This document shows positions 9,232 through 18,575 of a stretch of 36,683 nt of DNA, one piece after another (the stretch's first letter is position 1; the number at the start of each line of letters is the position of its first letter). The notes under the pieces are model-generated. The model was given only the letters and a program-made list of their open reading frames with translations, made no database searches and was not told the origin of the DNA. This DNA comes from Gemmatimonadaceae bacterium (GTDB taxonomy: Bacteria > Gemmatimonadota > Gemmatimonadetes > Gemmatimonadales > Gemmatimonadaceae): positions 3,214 through 39,896 of the forward strand of contig JBBDYC010000019.1 of NCBI GenBank assembly GCA_040901985.1, in the 5' to 3' direction. A program made the translations under genes and the position numbers.

Positions 9232-11435
9232 ACAAGGAGCAGTTGGCCGCGCGCCTGCTCGCCACCTTCCTTGGCGAGCTTGAAGAGCAGATCGGGATGA
9301 TGAACGCCGACCTGCTGGCTTTGGAGGGTGATCCCGGCAACGCGGACCGCCTCAAGTCGCTGTTCCGTGTGGCGCATACGCTCAAGGGCGCTGCGAGTGC
9401 GATCGGCGTGCAGCCGATCGAGCAGGCCTGCCACGCGCTGGAGACGCTGCTGGCCCGGGTCCGGGACGGCGGCCCGTCACTTGCGGCCGACGAGTTCGCC
9501 CTCCTCTTCTCCACCGCGGACGCCCTCGCCGACGCGGGGGAGCGACTGAGATCCGGGCGCAGCCTCTCGGGTGCGCCGCTGGTCGCCGTGCGCAATCGGC
9601 TGCGACGGGAGCGCGGAACGGGGCGGATCCGGCGGCCGAGTGCGCCCGCTCCGCCCGCTCCGCCCGCTCCGACCGCACCGCCGCGGAACGCGCCGTCGTC
9701 GCGCGCGCAGCGGGACGGCCAGGTGCGCATTGACGCGGAGAAACTGGATGTGTTGCTCGCGGCCACGGGGCAGTTGCTTGTCACCGGCAGCCGTGTCGCG
9801 AGTCAGCCCTTGGAGCTGCAGGCACTGCACGACGCCGCCGCGCGGTCGACGGTCGAATGGAAACGCAACGGACGGCGTCTCCGTCTTGCGCTCGCGCAGT
9901 CCGCGGCGCCACCCGCCTTGCTGCAGGCGGTCACCGGACTCGACGAGCAACTCCGGCACGTGGTCGAGGAGTCAGGGCGGCTGGCCGCGCGCGCGAAGGC
10001 GGATGCACGCGCGCTGGCGCAAGTGACCGACGATGTCGCCGACCGTGTGCGTCGGCTGCGGATGCGACCGTTCGCCGACGCCTGCGAGGCGCTCCCACGC
10101 GCCGTCCGCGATCTCGCCACTGACAGCGGCAAGGAACTCGACGTCGAGGTGCTGGGCGGAGCGGTGGAAGTGGACCGCGCCGTATTGGATGGCCTGCGCG
10201 AGGCCCTCCTGCATCTCGTCCGAAACGCGGCCGACCACGGAATCGAGTTGGCGACGGCCCGCGAGAAGGCGGGGAAACCGCGACGTGGCAGCGTGCGCGT
10301 TGAAGCGGCCCTCAGCGGCGATCGCCTGTCGGTGACGGTCGCCGACGACGGCGCGGGACTCGACGTGGCGGCGATCCGAGCCCAGCTCGTGCAGCGCGGG
10401 TATCCGGTGCCCGACGACGAGGGTGACCTCGCGCGCACACTGTTCGAGGTCGGGTTCTCCACGCAGGCCGAGGTGACGACCACGTCTGGCCGCGGCGTGG
10501 GACTGGACATCGTGCGCGCGGCGGTCGCCCGAATCCGCGGGAGTGTGGATGTCACCTGGAGTCCGGGTCGCGGCACGACCTTCACGCTCGAATGCCCCCC
10601 GACCCTCGCGACCATCCGCGCGCTGCTCGTGGCGGTGGGCCCCCAGACGGTCGCGATCCCCACGTCCAACGTGGAGCGGCTGCTCCGGGTAAGACCGGAG
10701 GAGATCAAGCACGTCGAAGCGCGCGACGTCCTCGCGACTCCCGAGGGGCCGGTCGCATTGGTCGCGCTGGCGCGACTCCTCGCACCGCTGGTCGGGCGGC
10801 CGACGGCTGGTGCGCTGACGGTCGTGTTGTTGCGTGCGGGTGCTCGGCGGTTGGCGGTGGCGGTGGATGAACTGATCGCGGAGCAGGAGATCGTGCTGCG
10901 GCCGCTGGGCGGCGGGCGGGAGCGGCTGTCACACATCGGTGGGGCGGCAATCCTCGGGACAGGCCGGGTGGCGTTGGTGCTCGACCCGGCAGAGGTCGTC
11001 AGTGCGGGGCTGGGCCTCCGCGAGGGACCTGGGATTTCCGTCTCGGACACCGAAGCCGCTGGGCCTGCCAAGCGGCGGATCGTCGTCGTGGACGACTCGA
11101 TCACGACGCGGACGCTCGAGCAAAGCATTCTCGAAGCGGCGGGATACGGCGTGCGCACCGCCGTGGATGGCGCCGATGCGTGGAAGGTGCTGCAGGAGCA
11201 CGGCTGCGATCTCGTCGTCGCCGATATCGAGATGCCCCGGATGGATGGGTTCGCGCTCTGCGAGGCAATCCGCGCCTCCAAACGGTTCGCGACGCTGCCG
11301 GTCGTGCTGGTGAGCGCCCTGGAGACGCCCGAGCACCGCGCGCGTGGGCTCGAAGTCGGCGCCGACGCCTACATCGGCAAGTCAAGCTTCGACCAGCAGC
11401 ACCTGCTGGACACCATCAATCAGTTGCTGGGTTAG
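9228..11435 (+). CDS. cheA: Hybrid CheA (HPt-dimerisation-HATPase-CheW-REC)
   Basis: [35 protein letters not shown]-terminal [14 protein letters not shown]. Confidence 0.95.
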   Translation: MNKEQLAARLLATFLGELEEQIGMMNADLLALEGDPGNADRLKSLFRVAHTLKGAASAIGVQPIEQACHALETLLARVRDGGPSLAADEFALLFSTADALADAGERLRSGRSLSGAPLVAVRNRLRRERGTGRIRRPSAPAPPAPPAPTAPPRNAPSSRAQRDGQVRIDAEKLDVLLAATGQLLVTGSRVASQPLELQALHDAAARSTVEWKRNGRRLRLALAQSAAPPALLQAVTGLDEQLRHVVEESGRLAARAKADARALAQVTDDVADRVRRLRMRPFADACEALPRAVRDLATDSGKELDVEVLGGAVEVDRAVLDGLREALLHLVRNAADHGIELATAREKAGKPRRGSVRVEAALSGDRLSVTVADDGAGLDVAAIRAQLVQRGYPVPDDEGDLARTLFEVGFSTQAEVTTTSGRGVGLDIVRAAVARIRGSVDVTWSPGRGTTFTLECPPTLATIRALLVAVGPQTVAIPTSNVERLLRVRPEEIKHVEARDVLATPEGPVALVALARLLAPLVGRPTAGALTVVLLRAGARRLAVAVDELIAEQEIVLRPLGGGRERLSHIGGAAILGTGRVALVLDPAEVVSAGLGLREGPGISVSDTEAAGPAKRRIVVVDDSITTRTLEQSILEAAGYGVRTAVDGADAWKVLQEHGCDLVVADIEMPRMDGFALCEAIRASKRFATLPVVLVSALETPEHRARGLEVGADAYIGKSSFDQQHLLDTINQLLG

Positions 11436-11444
11436 GGGGAACTG

Positions 11445-12497
11445 ATGATTCGTGTCGTCGTCGCCGAGGACTCGCTCACCGTGCGTGAGCTGCTGGTCGA
11501 AATTCTGGACAGCGATCCGGAAATCACGGTGGTGGGCCAAGCGAAGAACGGTGCCGAGGCGGTGGAGTTGGCGGCGCGCCTGAAGCCCGATCTGATCACG
11601 ATGGACGTCCATATGCCGATTATGGATGGGTATGAGGCCACCAAGGAGATCATGGTGCAAGCCCCAATCCCGATCATCATCGTGTCCTCGAGCGCGAACA
11701 GCGAGGGGATGGGACTTTCGTTCAATGCATTGCGCGCCGGCGCGTTGCTGGTGGTGCCGAAGCCCGACAATCCGCATTCGGCGCTGTTTGATGGCCAGCG
11801 CGCAGAGTTCCTGACGATGGCCAAGGCGATGTCTCAGGTGAAGGTGGTGCGCCGCTGGGCGTCGCGAACACCGGCGGTGGTGGTGCCGCCCGTCGTGCCA
11901 TCGCGGCGGTCACCGGGCTCGAGGGTCCGCGTCGTCGCGATCGCCGCCTCGACTGGGGGGCCGGCCGCGCTGCAACGGATCCTGTCTGGCCTGCCGGGCG
12001 ACTTTTCGTTGCCGATTCTCGTCGTGCAGCACATTGCCACGGGGTTCGTCGAAGGACTCGCCACCTGGCTCGGCAGTAGCTGCAATCTGCGCGTGAAGGT
12101 GGCCGAGTCAGGCGAACCGCTGCGTGGGCGCACCGTGCTGATCGCACCGGATGACCGGCACCTGGAAGTGAGTCGTGAGGCACGCGTGGCGCTGACCGAC
12201 GCGCCGCCCGTCGGCGGGTTTCGCCCGTCGGGGACGCATCTGTTCGATTCCGTGGCCCAGGTCTACGGCGCATCGGCTGCGGCGGTGATCGCGACGGGAA
12301 TGGGGAGCGATGGTGTCGAGGGATTGAGGGCCATCAGAAAGATGGGGGGCTATGTGCTCGCCCAGGACGAGGCGACCTCCGTTGTTTACGGGATGCCACG
12401 CGAAGCCGTCGCGGCCGGGGTGGTTGACTCCGTGCTCCCGATCGATGCCATCGCAGGCCGCCTGATGGGACTCGCGAACGGAAACGGTGATGCCTAA
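11445..12497 (+). CDS. cheB: Chemotaxis methylesterase CheB (REC + esterase)
   Basis: TMDVHMPIMDG. Catalytic motifs ASTGGP, VQHI and TGMGSDG are intact. Confidence 0.95.
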   Translation: MIRVVVAEDSLTVRELLVEILDSDPEITVVGQAKNGAEAVELAARLKPDLITMDVHMPIMDGYEATKEIMVQAPIPIIIVSSSANSEGMGLSFNALRAGALLVVPKPDNPHSALFDGQRAEFLTMAKAMSQVKVVRRWASRTPAVVVPPVVPSRRSPGSRVRVVAIAASTGGPAALQRILSGLPGDFSLPILVVQHIATGFVEGLATWLGSSCNLRVKVAESGEPLRGRTVLIAPDDRHLEVSREARVALTDAPPVGGFRPSGTHLFDSVAQVYGASAAAVIATGMGSDGVEGLRAIRKMGGYVLAQDEATSVVYGMPREAVAAGVVDSVLPIDAIAGRLMGLANGNGDA

Positions 12498-15138
12498 GCG
12501 CACGCGTACGCGCCCCGGCGCACCGACCGTGAAGCGGGTTCTCGTGGTGGAAGACAGCGCCACCCAGAGGGAAGCGCTGCGCCGCCAGCTCGAAGGCGCC
12601 GGATACGAAGTCGAGGTCGCCGCGACGGGAGAGGAGGGGATCGCCCGCTTCGATCCGGAACGGTTCCACCTCGTGATCAGCGACATCGTGATGCCGGGGT
12701 CGGTGGACGGCTACGGCGTGTGCCGACACATCAAGGCCGGGGCCGCAGGCCGTCACGTGCCCGTTGTCCTGCTCACGAGCCTTGGCGATCCACTCGACAT
12801 CATCAAGGGCCTCGAGTGCGGCGCGGACGACTTCCTCACGAAGCCCCATGAGGCCAAGCACTTACTCGGACGGATCGAAGTGCTCCTTGCGACGCGGCAG
12901 GCCCGTGCGGAGCGCCGCCTCCAGCTCGGCGTCGACGTGTTTCTGCTCGGCCACAAGTTCACGATCAGTTCGGACCGCGAGCAGATCCTCGACCTGCTCA
13001 TCTCCACGTTCGAGGACGCGGTGTTGCAAAACCGCGCGCTGCTCCAACGTGAGGAGCAACTGGAGCGCTCCCACCAGTCCCTCCAGGGGCTCTACCGCAT
13101 CGCGCTGGGGCTCAACAGTGCGTCGACCGAAGCCGAGGTTGCGAAGGTCGCCTTGGAGCGGGCACTCGAGCTGCCCGGCGTCCAGGCAGGCTGGATCTCC
13201 CTACGTGAGGGTAAAGACGGGTTCCGGCTCGTTGCCGCACAGGGGTTGCCACCAGCGCTGGCGGGGCCCGCCGCGCTGCAAGGCGACTGCTTCTGCCGCC
13301 GCAAGCTCCTTGCAGACAAGCTCGACTCGGTGGTGAACGTGACTGAGTGCGAGCGCCTGCAGCAGGCGAAAGGCGACACGCGCGGTCTGCGGTATCACGC
13401 CGCCGTCCCGCTCTGGGTGGGCAGTCAGACGATCGGGATACTGAACCTCGCCGGTCCTGAGGACGGGATGTTCAGCGACGACGATCTCCAAGTCCTCTAT
13501 GGTGTCGGCCACCAGATTGGGGTGGCGCTGGAGCGAGCGAGCCTGCAGCAACACCTGGAGCAGCGAGTCGATGAGCGTACGGCCGCGCTGAAGGCCGAGG
13601 TGGCCGAGCGCGAGCGAACGGAGCGGGCGCGCCTCCAGTTGGCGACGATCCTCGAGGCGACCACGGATCTTGTGTCGACCGCCGACGAGGCCGGTCGCCT
13701 GCAGTACCTGAATCAGGCCGGCCGTTTGATGGTCGGGATCGGTTCGACCGAGGACATCAGCCGCCTGATGCTCGCTGACCTTCTGCCGGACGGCGAGCGC
13801 GACCATGTGCAGCAGGTAATTCTCCCGACGTTGATGGCCGAAGGGACCTGGAGTGGTGAGATGGCGGTCAAGGCTCGTGACGGTCAGAAGATTCCCGTCT
13901 TGTCGTCGGCGCTGGCGCATCGATCCACCCCGGAGTCGCCGCTATTGCTTGCGGTGATTGCGCGGGATCTCACGGAGTACAAGAAGCTCGAACAGCAATT
14001 CCGACAGGCGCAGAAGTTGGAGGCGATCGGCCGGTTGACAAGCGGAATCGCGCACGACTTCAATAACGTCCTCACGGCGATCACGGGCTACACCGATCTG
14101 TTGCTCGCTGATCCGGAGGCGACCCCCACGCAGCGGACGGACCTCGGGGAGATTGGCGCGGCCGCCGCGCGCGCCGGAGGGCTCACGCGCCAACTGCTCG
14201 CCTTCAGCCGTCAGCAGGTGCTGGAGCCACGCGTACTCGACCTGAACGCGGTGGTCGCGGGGATGGAGAACATGCTTCGGCGGATGATAGGAGAGGATGT
14301 GGAGCTGGCGGTCTCGCTCGCGGGAGACCTCCGCCGCACCAGGGCTGATCCCAGTCAGATGGAGCAGATCATTCTGAACCTGGTGGTGAATGCGCGGGAC
14401 GCGATGCCGGAGGGTGGCAAGCTGACCGTCGAAACGGCCAACGTCGAGCTCGACTCGGCGTATGCTCGGGAGCACGTGGTGGTCGCGCCCGGCTCCTATG
14501 TGCTGCTCGCCGTGAGCGACACCGGAGTCGGGATGGACGCCGAGACGATGGCCAATATCTTCGAGCCGTTCTTCACCACCAAGGAACTTGGCAAAGGGAC
14601 CGGGCTCGGACTGGCGACCGTGTACGGGATCGTGAAGCAAAGTGGGGGCAGCGTGTGGGTATACAGCGAGCCGGGCCACGGCGCCACCTTCAAGGTCTAT
14701 CTGCCGAGCGTGGACGAGTCGGTGGCAGACGAAGCGATCGCGACGGGGCCCGCCCATTCGCTCGACGGCACCGAAACGATCTGTGTCGTGGAAGACAACG
14801 AGAGCGTCCGTCGGCTCGTCTGTACCGTGCTGCGAGGGCGCGGATACACTGTACTCGAGGCCGCCGGCCCCGCGGCGGCATTGGCGCTGATCGCGCTCCA
14901 GCGCGCCCCCGTCAACCTGCTCTTGACGGACGTTGTGATGCCGGGGATGAGTGGGCGTGAACTGGCCGACCGACTCCGCGCCGGGCAGCCCGGTCTCCGG
15001 GTGCTGTTCAACTCCGGGTACACGGACGATGCCATCGTGAGGCACGGGGTGCTCGAGGCCGGCGTCGCGTTCCTCCAGAAGCCGTTCACGCCGGTCGTGC
15101 TGTTGACGAAGGTGCGCGCGGTGCTCGACGCGGTGTAG
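12490..15138 (+). CDS. Hybrid sensor kinase REC-GAF-PAS-HisKA-HATPase-REC
   Basis: ISDIVMPG; GAF ending HQIGVALE; PAS ending ARDLTE; IAHDFNNVL, NARDAM, DTGVGMD, FFTTKELGKGTGLGL; LTDVVMPGMSG. Overlaps the cheB 3' end. Confidence 0.93.
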   Translation: MPKRTRTRPGAPTVKRVLVVEDSATQREALRRQLEGAGYEVEVAATGEEGIARFDPERFHLVISDIVMPGSVDGYGVCRHIKAGAAGRHVPVVLLTSLGDPLDIIKGLECGADDFLTKPHEAKHLLGRIEVLLATRQARAERRLQLGVDVFLLGHKFTISSDREQILDLLISTFEDAVLQNRALLQREEQLERSHQSLQGLYRIALGLNSASTEAEVAKVALERALELPGVQAGWISLREGKDGFRLVAAQGLPPALAGPAALQGDCFCRRKLLADKLDSVVNVTECERLQQAKGDTRGLRYHAAVPLWVGSQTIGILNLAGPEDGMFSDDDLQVLYGVGHQIGVALERASLQQHLEQRVDERTAALKAEVAERERTERARLQLATILEATTDLVSTADEAGRLQYLNQAGRLMVGIGSTEDISRLMLADLLPDGERDHVQQVILPTLMAEGTWSGEMAVKARDGQKIPVLSSALAHRSTPESPLLLAVIARDLTEYKKLEQQFRQAQKLEAIGRLTSGIAHDFNNVLTAITGYTDLLLADPEATPTQRTDLGEIGAAAARAGGLTRQLLAFSRQQVLEPRVLDLNAVVAGMENMLRRMIGEDVELAVSLAGDLRRTRADPSQMEQIILNLVVNARDAMPEGGKLTVETANVELDSAYAREHVVVAPGSYVLLAVSDTGVGMDAETMANIFEPFFTTKELGKGTGLGLATVYGIVKQSGGSVWVYSEPGHGATFKVYLPSVDESVADEAIATGPAHSLDGTETICVVEDNESVRRLVCTVLRGRGYTVLEAAGPAAALALIALQRAPVNLLLTDVVMPGMSGRELADRLRAGQPGLRVLFNSGYTDDAIVRHGVLEAGVAFLQKPFTPVVLLTKVRAVLDAV

Positions 15139-15265
15139 GACGCCTCGATATGAGTCTCGCGCGTGGGCGCAGAAGCACGGTGTGCGGCTACTGCACATCC
15201 AGCCGAGGTCATCCGCCTGGTCGATGAGCTCACGACAAGCAGCAGGATGATTGCGCTCGCCCGCT

Positions 15266-15585
15266 TCATTGTGCTTCCTTCAAATGCGCGTGGAGAGGGC
15301 GATGGCACAACCCCTGGGACGGCAGGTCCAGCGCGGCATTGAAGTTGCTCGACGCATTTTGAATCGCGATGAGCGCCGTCAGCTCCACCATCGTATCGTC
15401 ATCGAAATCGGCGCGGGCGGGCGAACAGGGCGTCGTCCACTTCGCGATCGCTAAATGTCATCGCCTCGGCATAGGCCAGCGCCGCTTTCTCCAAATCCGT
15501 GAAGGCGGTACTACTCGCCGAGCGGTCCAGTTCCGCGAGCTGCGCGTCATTGGCGCCCCGCGCAAGCACGCGCATCGAAGAGTGA
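15266..15585 (-). pseudogene. Carboxymuconolactone decarboxylase/AhpD-family remnant, 5'-truncated and frameshifted
   Basis: One frame reads ...EKAALAYAEAMTFSDREVDDALFAR. After a frameshift near 15410 the next frame reads FDDDTMVELTALIAIQNASSNFNAALDLPSQGLC...EAQ*. The N-terminal half is absent. Confidence 0.75.
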
Positions 15586-15757
15586 TGCGCAGGCCGAGCG
15601 CGTCGCGCGTAGCTACGAGACGTATGTCGCACTCAAGGAGCGGCATCGGGCGTTGTAAGGTCGGGTGTCACGAACGGCCGACCCATCCGACAGAGGGTTA
15701 GTGCGGAGTGCGCTGAGCGGGTCAGCGCGACCGCCACTCCTCTGCCCTGGATGCCCC

Positions 15758-18283
15758 ATGCGCGTCGTCCTCTCCTCCACCTGCTTGGCCGCGACGGCCT
15801 TCGCGCTCTCGTGCACCGAACCGACCGCGCCTGCCGTCACTGTGAGCGTGACGCCCAAAACCGCGAATGTCACGGTACTGCTGACACGACAGTTCACGGC
15901 GGCCGTTGGCGCCACGTCTGAGACGAGCGTCACGTGGACGGTGCAGGAAGGCGCAGCTGGCGGCACCATCGCGCCAACCGGGCTCTACACGGCGCCGGGA
16001 GGCGCTGGCACGTACCACGTGATCGCGACCAGCGTCGCGGACGAAACGAAGAGCGACACCGCGACCGTGACGGTGGTGGTCGCGCCCGAGATCACGAGCT
16101 TTGCCGCGGCGAAGTCCCCGGTGTCCACCGGGCAGGGCACATCGCTCACGTATGCCTTCACCGGAGGTGCGGGCACCGTCAGCGGAATTGGGAGCGTCAC
16201 CAGCGGCGGCAACTCTCCGACCGGCAATCTCGTGGCAACGACGAACTTTATGCTGCGGGTCGTGAATGCGGCCGGCACTGAGGACTCGGCGCAGGTGACG
16301 GTGACGGTGGTGCCGTTGCCGACCATAGCCTCCTTCACGGTGAGCCCAGCGCACATCGCGACCGGCGATTCGAGCGCGTTGACGGCCTTCTTCACCAATG
16401 GCACGGCATCGCTGACGCCGAGCCCCGGCACGCCCGCGTCCGGCGTGCCGCTTCCGACGGGACCGCTCAGCGGCACCACGCAGTACCGCTTGACCGTGAC
16501 GAACGCGGCTGGCGATTCCGTCACGGCCGCGGCGAGCGTGACCGTCTACGGCGCGGCTCCGCTGATCCACGACCTGTCGGCGACACCTGGCATCATTACG
16601 ACGGGTGACAGCACCACCCTGACGTGGGCTGTGGACTCGGCGCTCTCGCTCTCGATTGATGCCGGCGTGGGCGCCGTGACGGGGACCAGCCGCTCTACGC
16701 TACCGGTGGGCAGCACGACCTACACCTTGACGGCGACCAATCCCTTCGGGTCGTCCACCGACACCGTCAGCGTGACCGTGGTCTTCGCACCCGTGATACA
16801 CTCGTTCACCGCCACGCCGAGCGTCGTCGTGAGCGGAGGGACGACGCAGTTCGCGGCGCAGTTCGAACACGGCTCCGGCACGATTGACCAGGGCGTCGGC
16901 GCAATCTCGAGCGGTGGGGCGGTCGGATCCGGCGCCATCGCGGCCGGGACCACATTCACGTTGTCCGTGACGAACGCGGCGGGGCGCACGCTCACCCGCA
17001 CGGCCGTCGTCGGCGTTGACCCTGGTACGTTCGCGGCCACGGGTTCGATGAGCACTGCGAGGAGCCTCTTCGCACTGGTGCCGCTTGCCGACGGCACCGT
17101 GCTCGCGCTTGGCGGGTCCACCCACGACTCAGAGACTTACGATCCAAACTCCGGGACGTGGACGCCGGCAGGCGACCTGCGGCTCGTCCGATACCGCCCG
17201 CAGGCCGTCCTGCTCGCGGATGGACGCGTGCTGGCAGTCGGCGGCCTTGGTCCGAGTGGCGATGCCGTGTGGGGTCATATGCGTACCGCCGAGATCTACG
17301 ATCCAATCAGCCGCACCTGGGCACTGACCGATTCCATCGCGGAGGCGCGCCTGTCGCACACGCTGCACTTGCTCGCGGACGGGCGCGTACTGATGTTCGG
17401 GGGTAGCAACGCGGGCGGGACGGCCCTCACGACGGCGCAGGTGTATGATCCGAGCTCGGGAGGCTGGTCCGGTACAGGAAGCAGTGGTCCGACGAGCCGC
17501 TTGGACGCCTACGCGTTCACGCTCAGCAGCGGCAACGTGCTAGTCATCGGCGGTGGCAGCAGCAGCGACGGTGACCCGGTGGAGATTTACAATCGTGCGA
17601 TGGGCGTGTTTGGTCCGGCCAGCGGCACGACGGTCGGGCACATCACTGCCGTGCAGTTGCTCGATGGCTCCGTGCTCGCCGCAACGACGTTGACCGGATC
17701 GAAGAGATGGGACAACGGCGTGACCACCGCCGTAGGGACGCTTGCGCGAAGGCGTCAGTTTTATCCTGCGGCGGCGCTCCTGCCGAACGGCGAGGTACTC
17801 ATTCAGTCAGACAGCGGCGTGGCCGGTGGAGGAGGGCGTTCCGAAGCAGAGATCTACAGCCCCGCGACAAACTCCTTCCGGCTTACCGGACGAACGCTTT
17901 CGTCCCGCGCCTCGGCGAGTGTGGCGCTGCTGCGGACCGGCAAGGTGCTGGTGTCCGGTGGGTACGGTGAAGGGCTCGGCGAACTGGCCACCGCCGAACT
18001 CTTCGACTTCGGCAGCGCCGCGCCGCTCGCCGCGCCGAGCACCGCCATCACCGCGCCCGTCTCCGTCGCGGCTGGCGCCGTCGGGGTGTCCATCAGCGTC
18101 CCCACCACCGCCGGCGCGCGCTACGTGTGGCACGTGTCGGGAGGGACCGTCACGGCTGGGCTCAACTCCAGCGCCATTACCGTCACAGCCGCCGCCTCCG
18201 GCACCATTGAGGTCCGTGTGCTCGTGGTGAGTGAGCTTCAGATCCCGGCCACAGGAAGCGTGAGCATCGCCATCTCGCCCTAG
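15758..18283 (+). CDS. Lipoprotein with tandem Ig-like repeats and a Kelch/galactose-oxidase-type propeller
   Basis: MRVVLSSTCLAATAFALSC lipobox. Repeated P-x-I-x-S-F-T...LTVTNAAG modules. LADGRVLAVGG...EIYDP repeats. Confidence 0.88.
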   Translation: MRVVLSSTCLAATAFALSCTEPTAPAVTVSVTPKTANVTVLLTRQFTAAVGATSETSVTWTVQEGAAGGTIAPTGLYTAPGGAGTYHVIATSVADETKSDTATVTVVVAPEITSFAAAKSPVSTGQGTSLTYAFTGGAGTVSGIGSVTSGGNSPTGNLVATTNFMLRVVNAAGTEDSAQVTVTVVPLPTIASFTVSPAHIATGDSSALTAFFTNGTASLTPSPGTPASGVPLPTGPLSGTTQYRLTVTNAAGDSVTAAASVTVYGAAPLIHDLSATPGIITTGDSTTLTWAVDSALSLSIDAGVGAVTGTSRSTLPVGSTTYTLTATNPFGSSTDTVSVTVVFAPVIHSFTATPSVVVSGGTTQFAAQFEHGSGTIDQGVGAISSGGAVGSGAIAAGTTFTLSVTNAAGRTLTRTAVVGVDPGTFAATGSMSTARSLFALVPLADGTVLALGGSTHDSETYDPNSGTWTPAGDLRLVRYRPQAVLLADGRVLAVGGLGPSGDAVWGHMRTAEIYDPISRTWALTDSIAEARLSHTLHLLADGRVLMFGGSNAGGTALTTAQVYDPSSGGWSGTGSSGPTSRLDAYAFTLSSGNVLVIGGGSSSDGDPVEIYNRAMGVFGPASGTTVGHITAVQLLDGSVLAATTLTGSKRWDNGVTTAVGTLARRRQFYPAAALLPNGEVLIQSDSGVAGGGGRSEAEIYSPATNSFRLTGRTLSSRASASVALLRTGKVLVSGGYGEGLGELATAELFDFGSAAPLAAPSTAITAPVSVAAGAVGVSISVPTTAGARYVWHVSGGTVTAGLNSSAITVTAAASGTIEVRVLVVSELQIPATGSVSIAISP

Positions 18284-18383
18284 GCGCGACACCGAACCGC
18301 CGTCCCCGTCTCCAGGTTGCCTCTGCGCGGCTCGATCCGTCAGCTACGCACGGCGAGCCCCGCTACGGTCCCCGGGCGCGACG

Positions 18384-18525
18384 GACTAACGAGGCGCTTG
18401 CACCCGGCGGGCGCCGCACGCCGCTGAGGAGTCAGTTCATTTGCGCGCTGGCGACCCTCGCTGCACGTTTGACCATCGCGCCGACCGCCGGCAGAACGCC
18501 CGCGGGTGATGCGGGGGCCTTGAAC
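18384..18525 (+). repeat. Degenerate integron attC-like site (142 bp), no integrase nearby
   Basis: R'' GACTAAC, 5 nt, L'' GCTTGCAC ... L' GTGATGC, 6 nt, R' CTTGAAC (GTTRRRY with G>C). Inner stem CACCCG(G)CGGGCG / CGCCCGCGGGTG with unpaired bases. Confidence 0.65.
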
Positions 18526-18575
18526 AGGGTGCCAACTGTGGTCATCGCGTCGCGACCGATCAGCCTTTGCTGGGG

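Noticed and set aside
9644..9672. 9-bp tandem repeat (CCCGCTCCG) in cheA
   Set aside because: Encodes an ordinary PAPPAPPAP linker and stays in frame.
5471..11281. Long minus-strand ORFs (639, 569 and 492 aa) over the che genes
   Set aside because: Antisense shadows of high-GC coding sequence with no recognisable motifs. The same applies to 21204-23015, 31997-33499 and 33499-35331.
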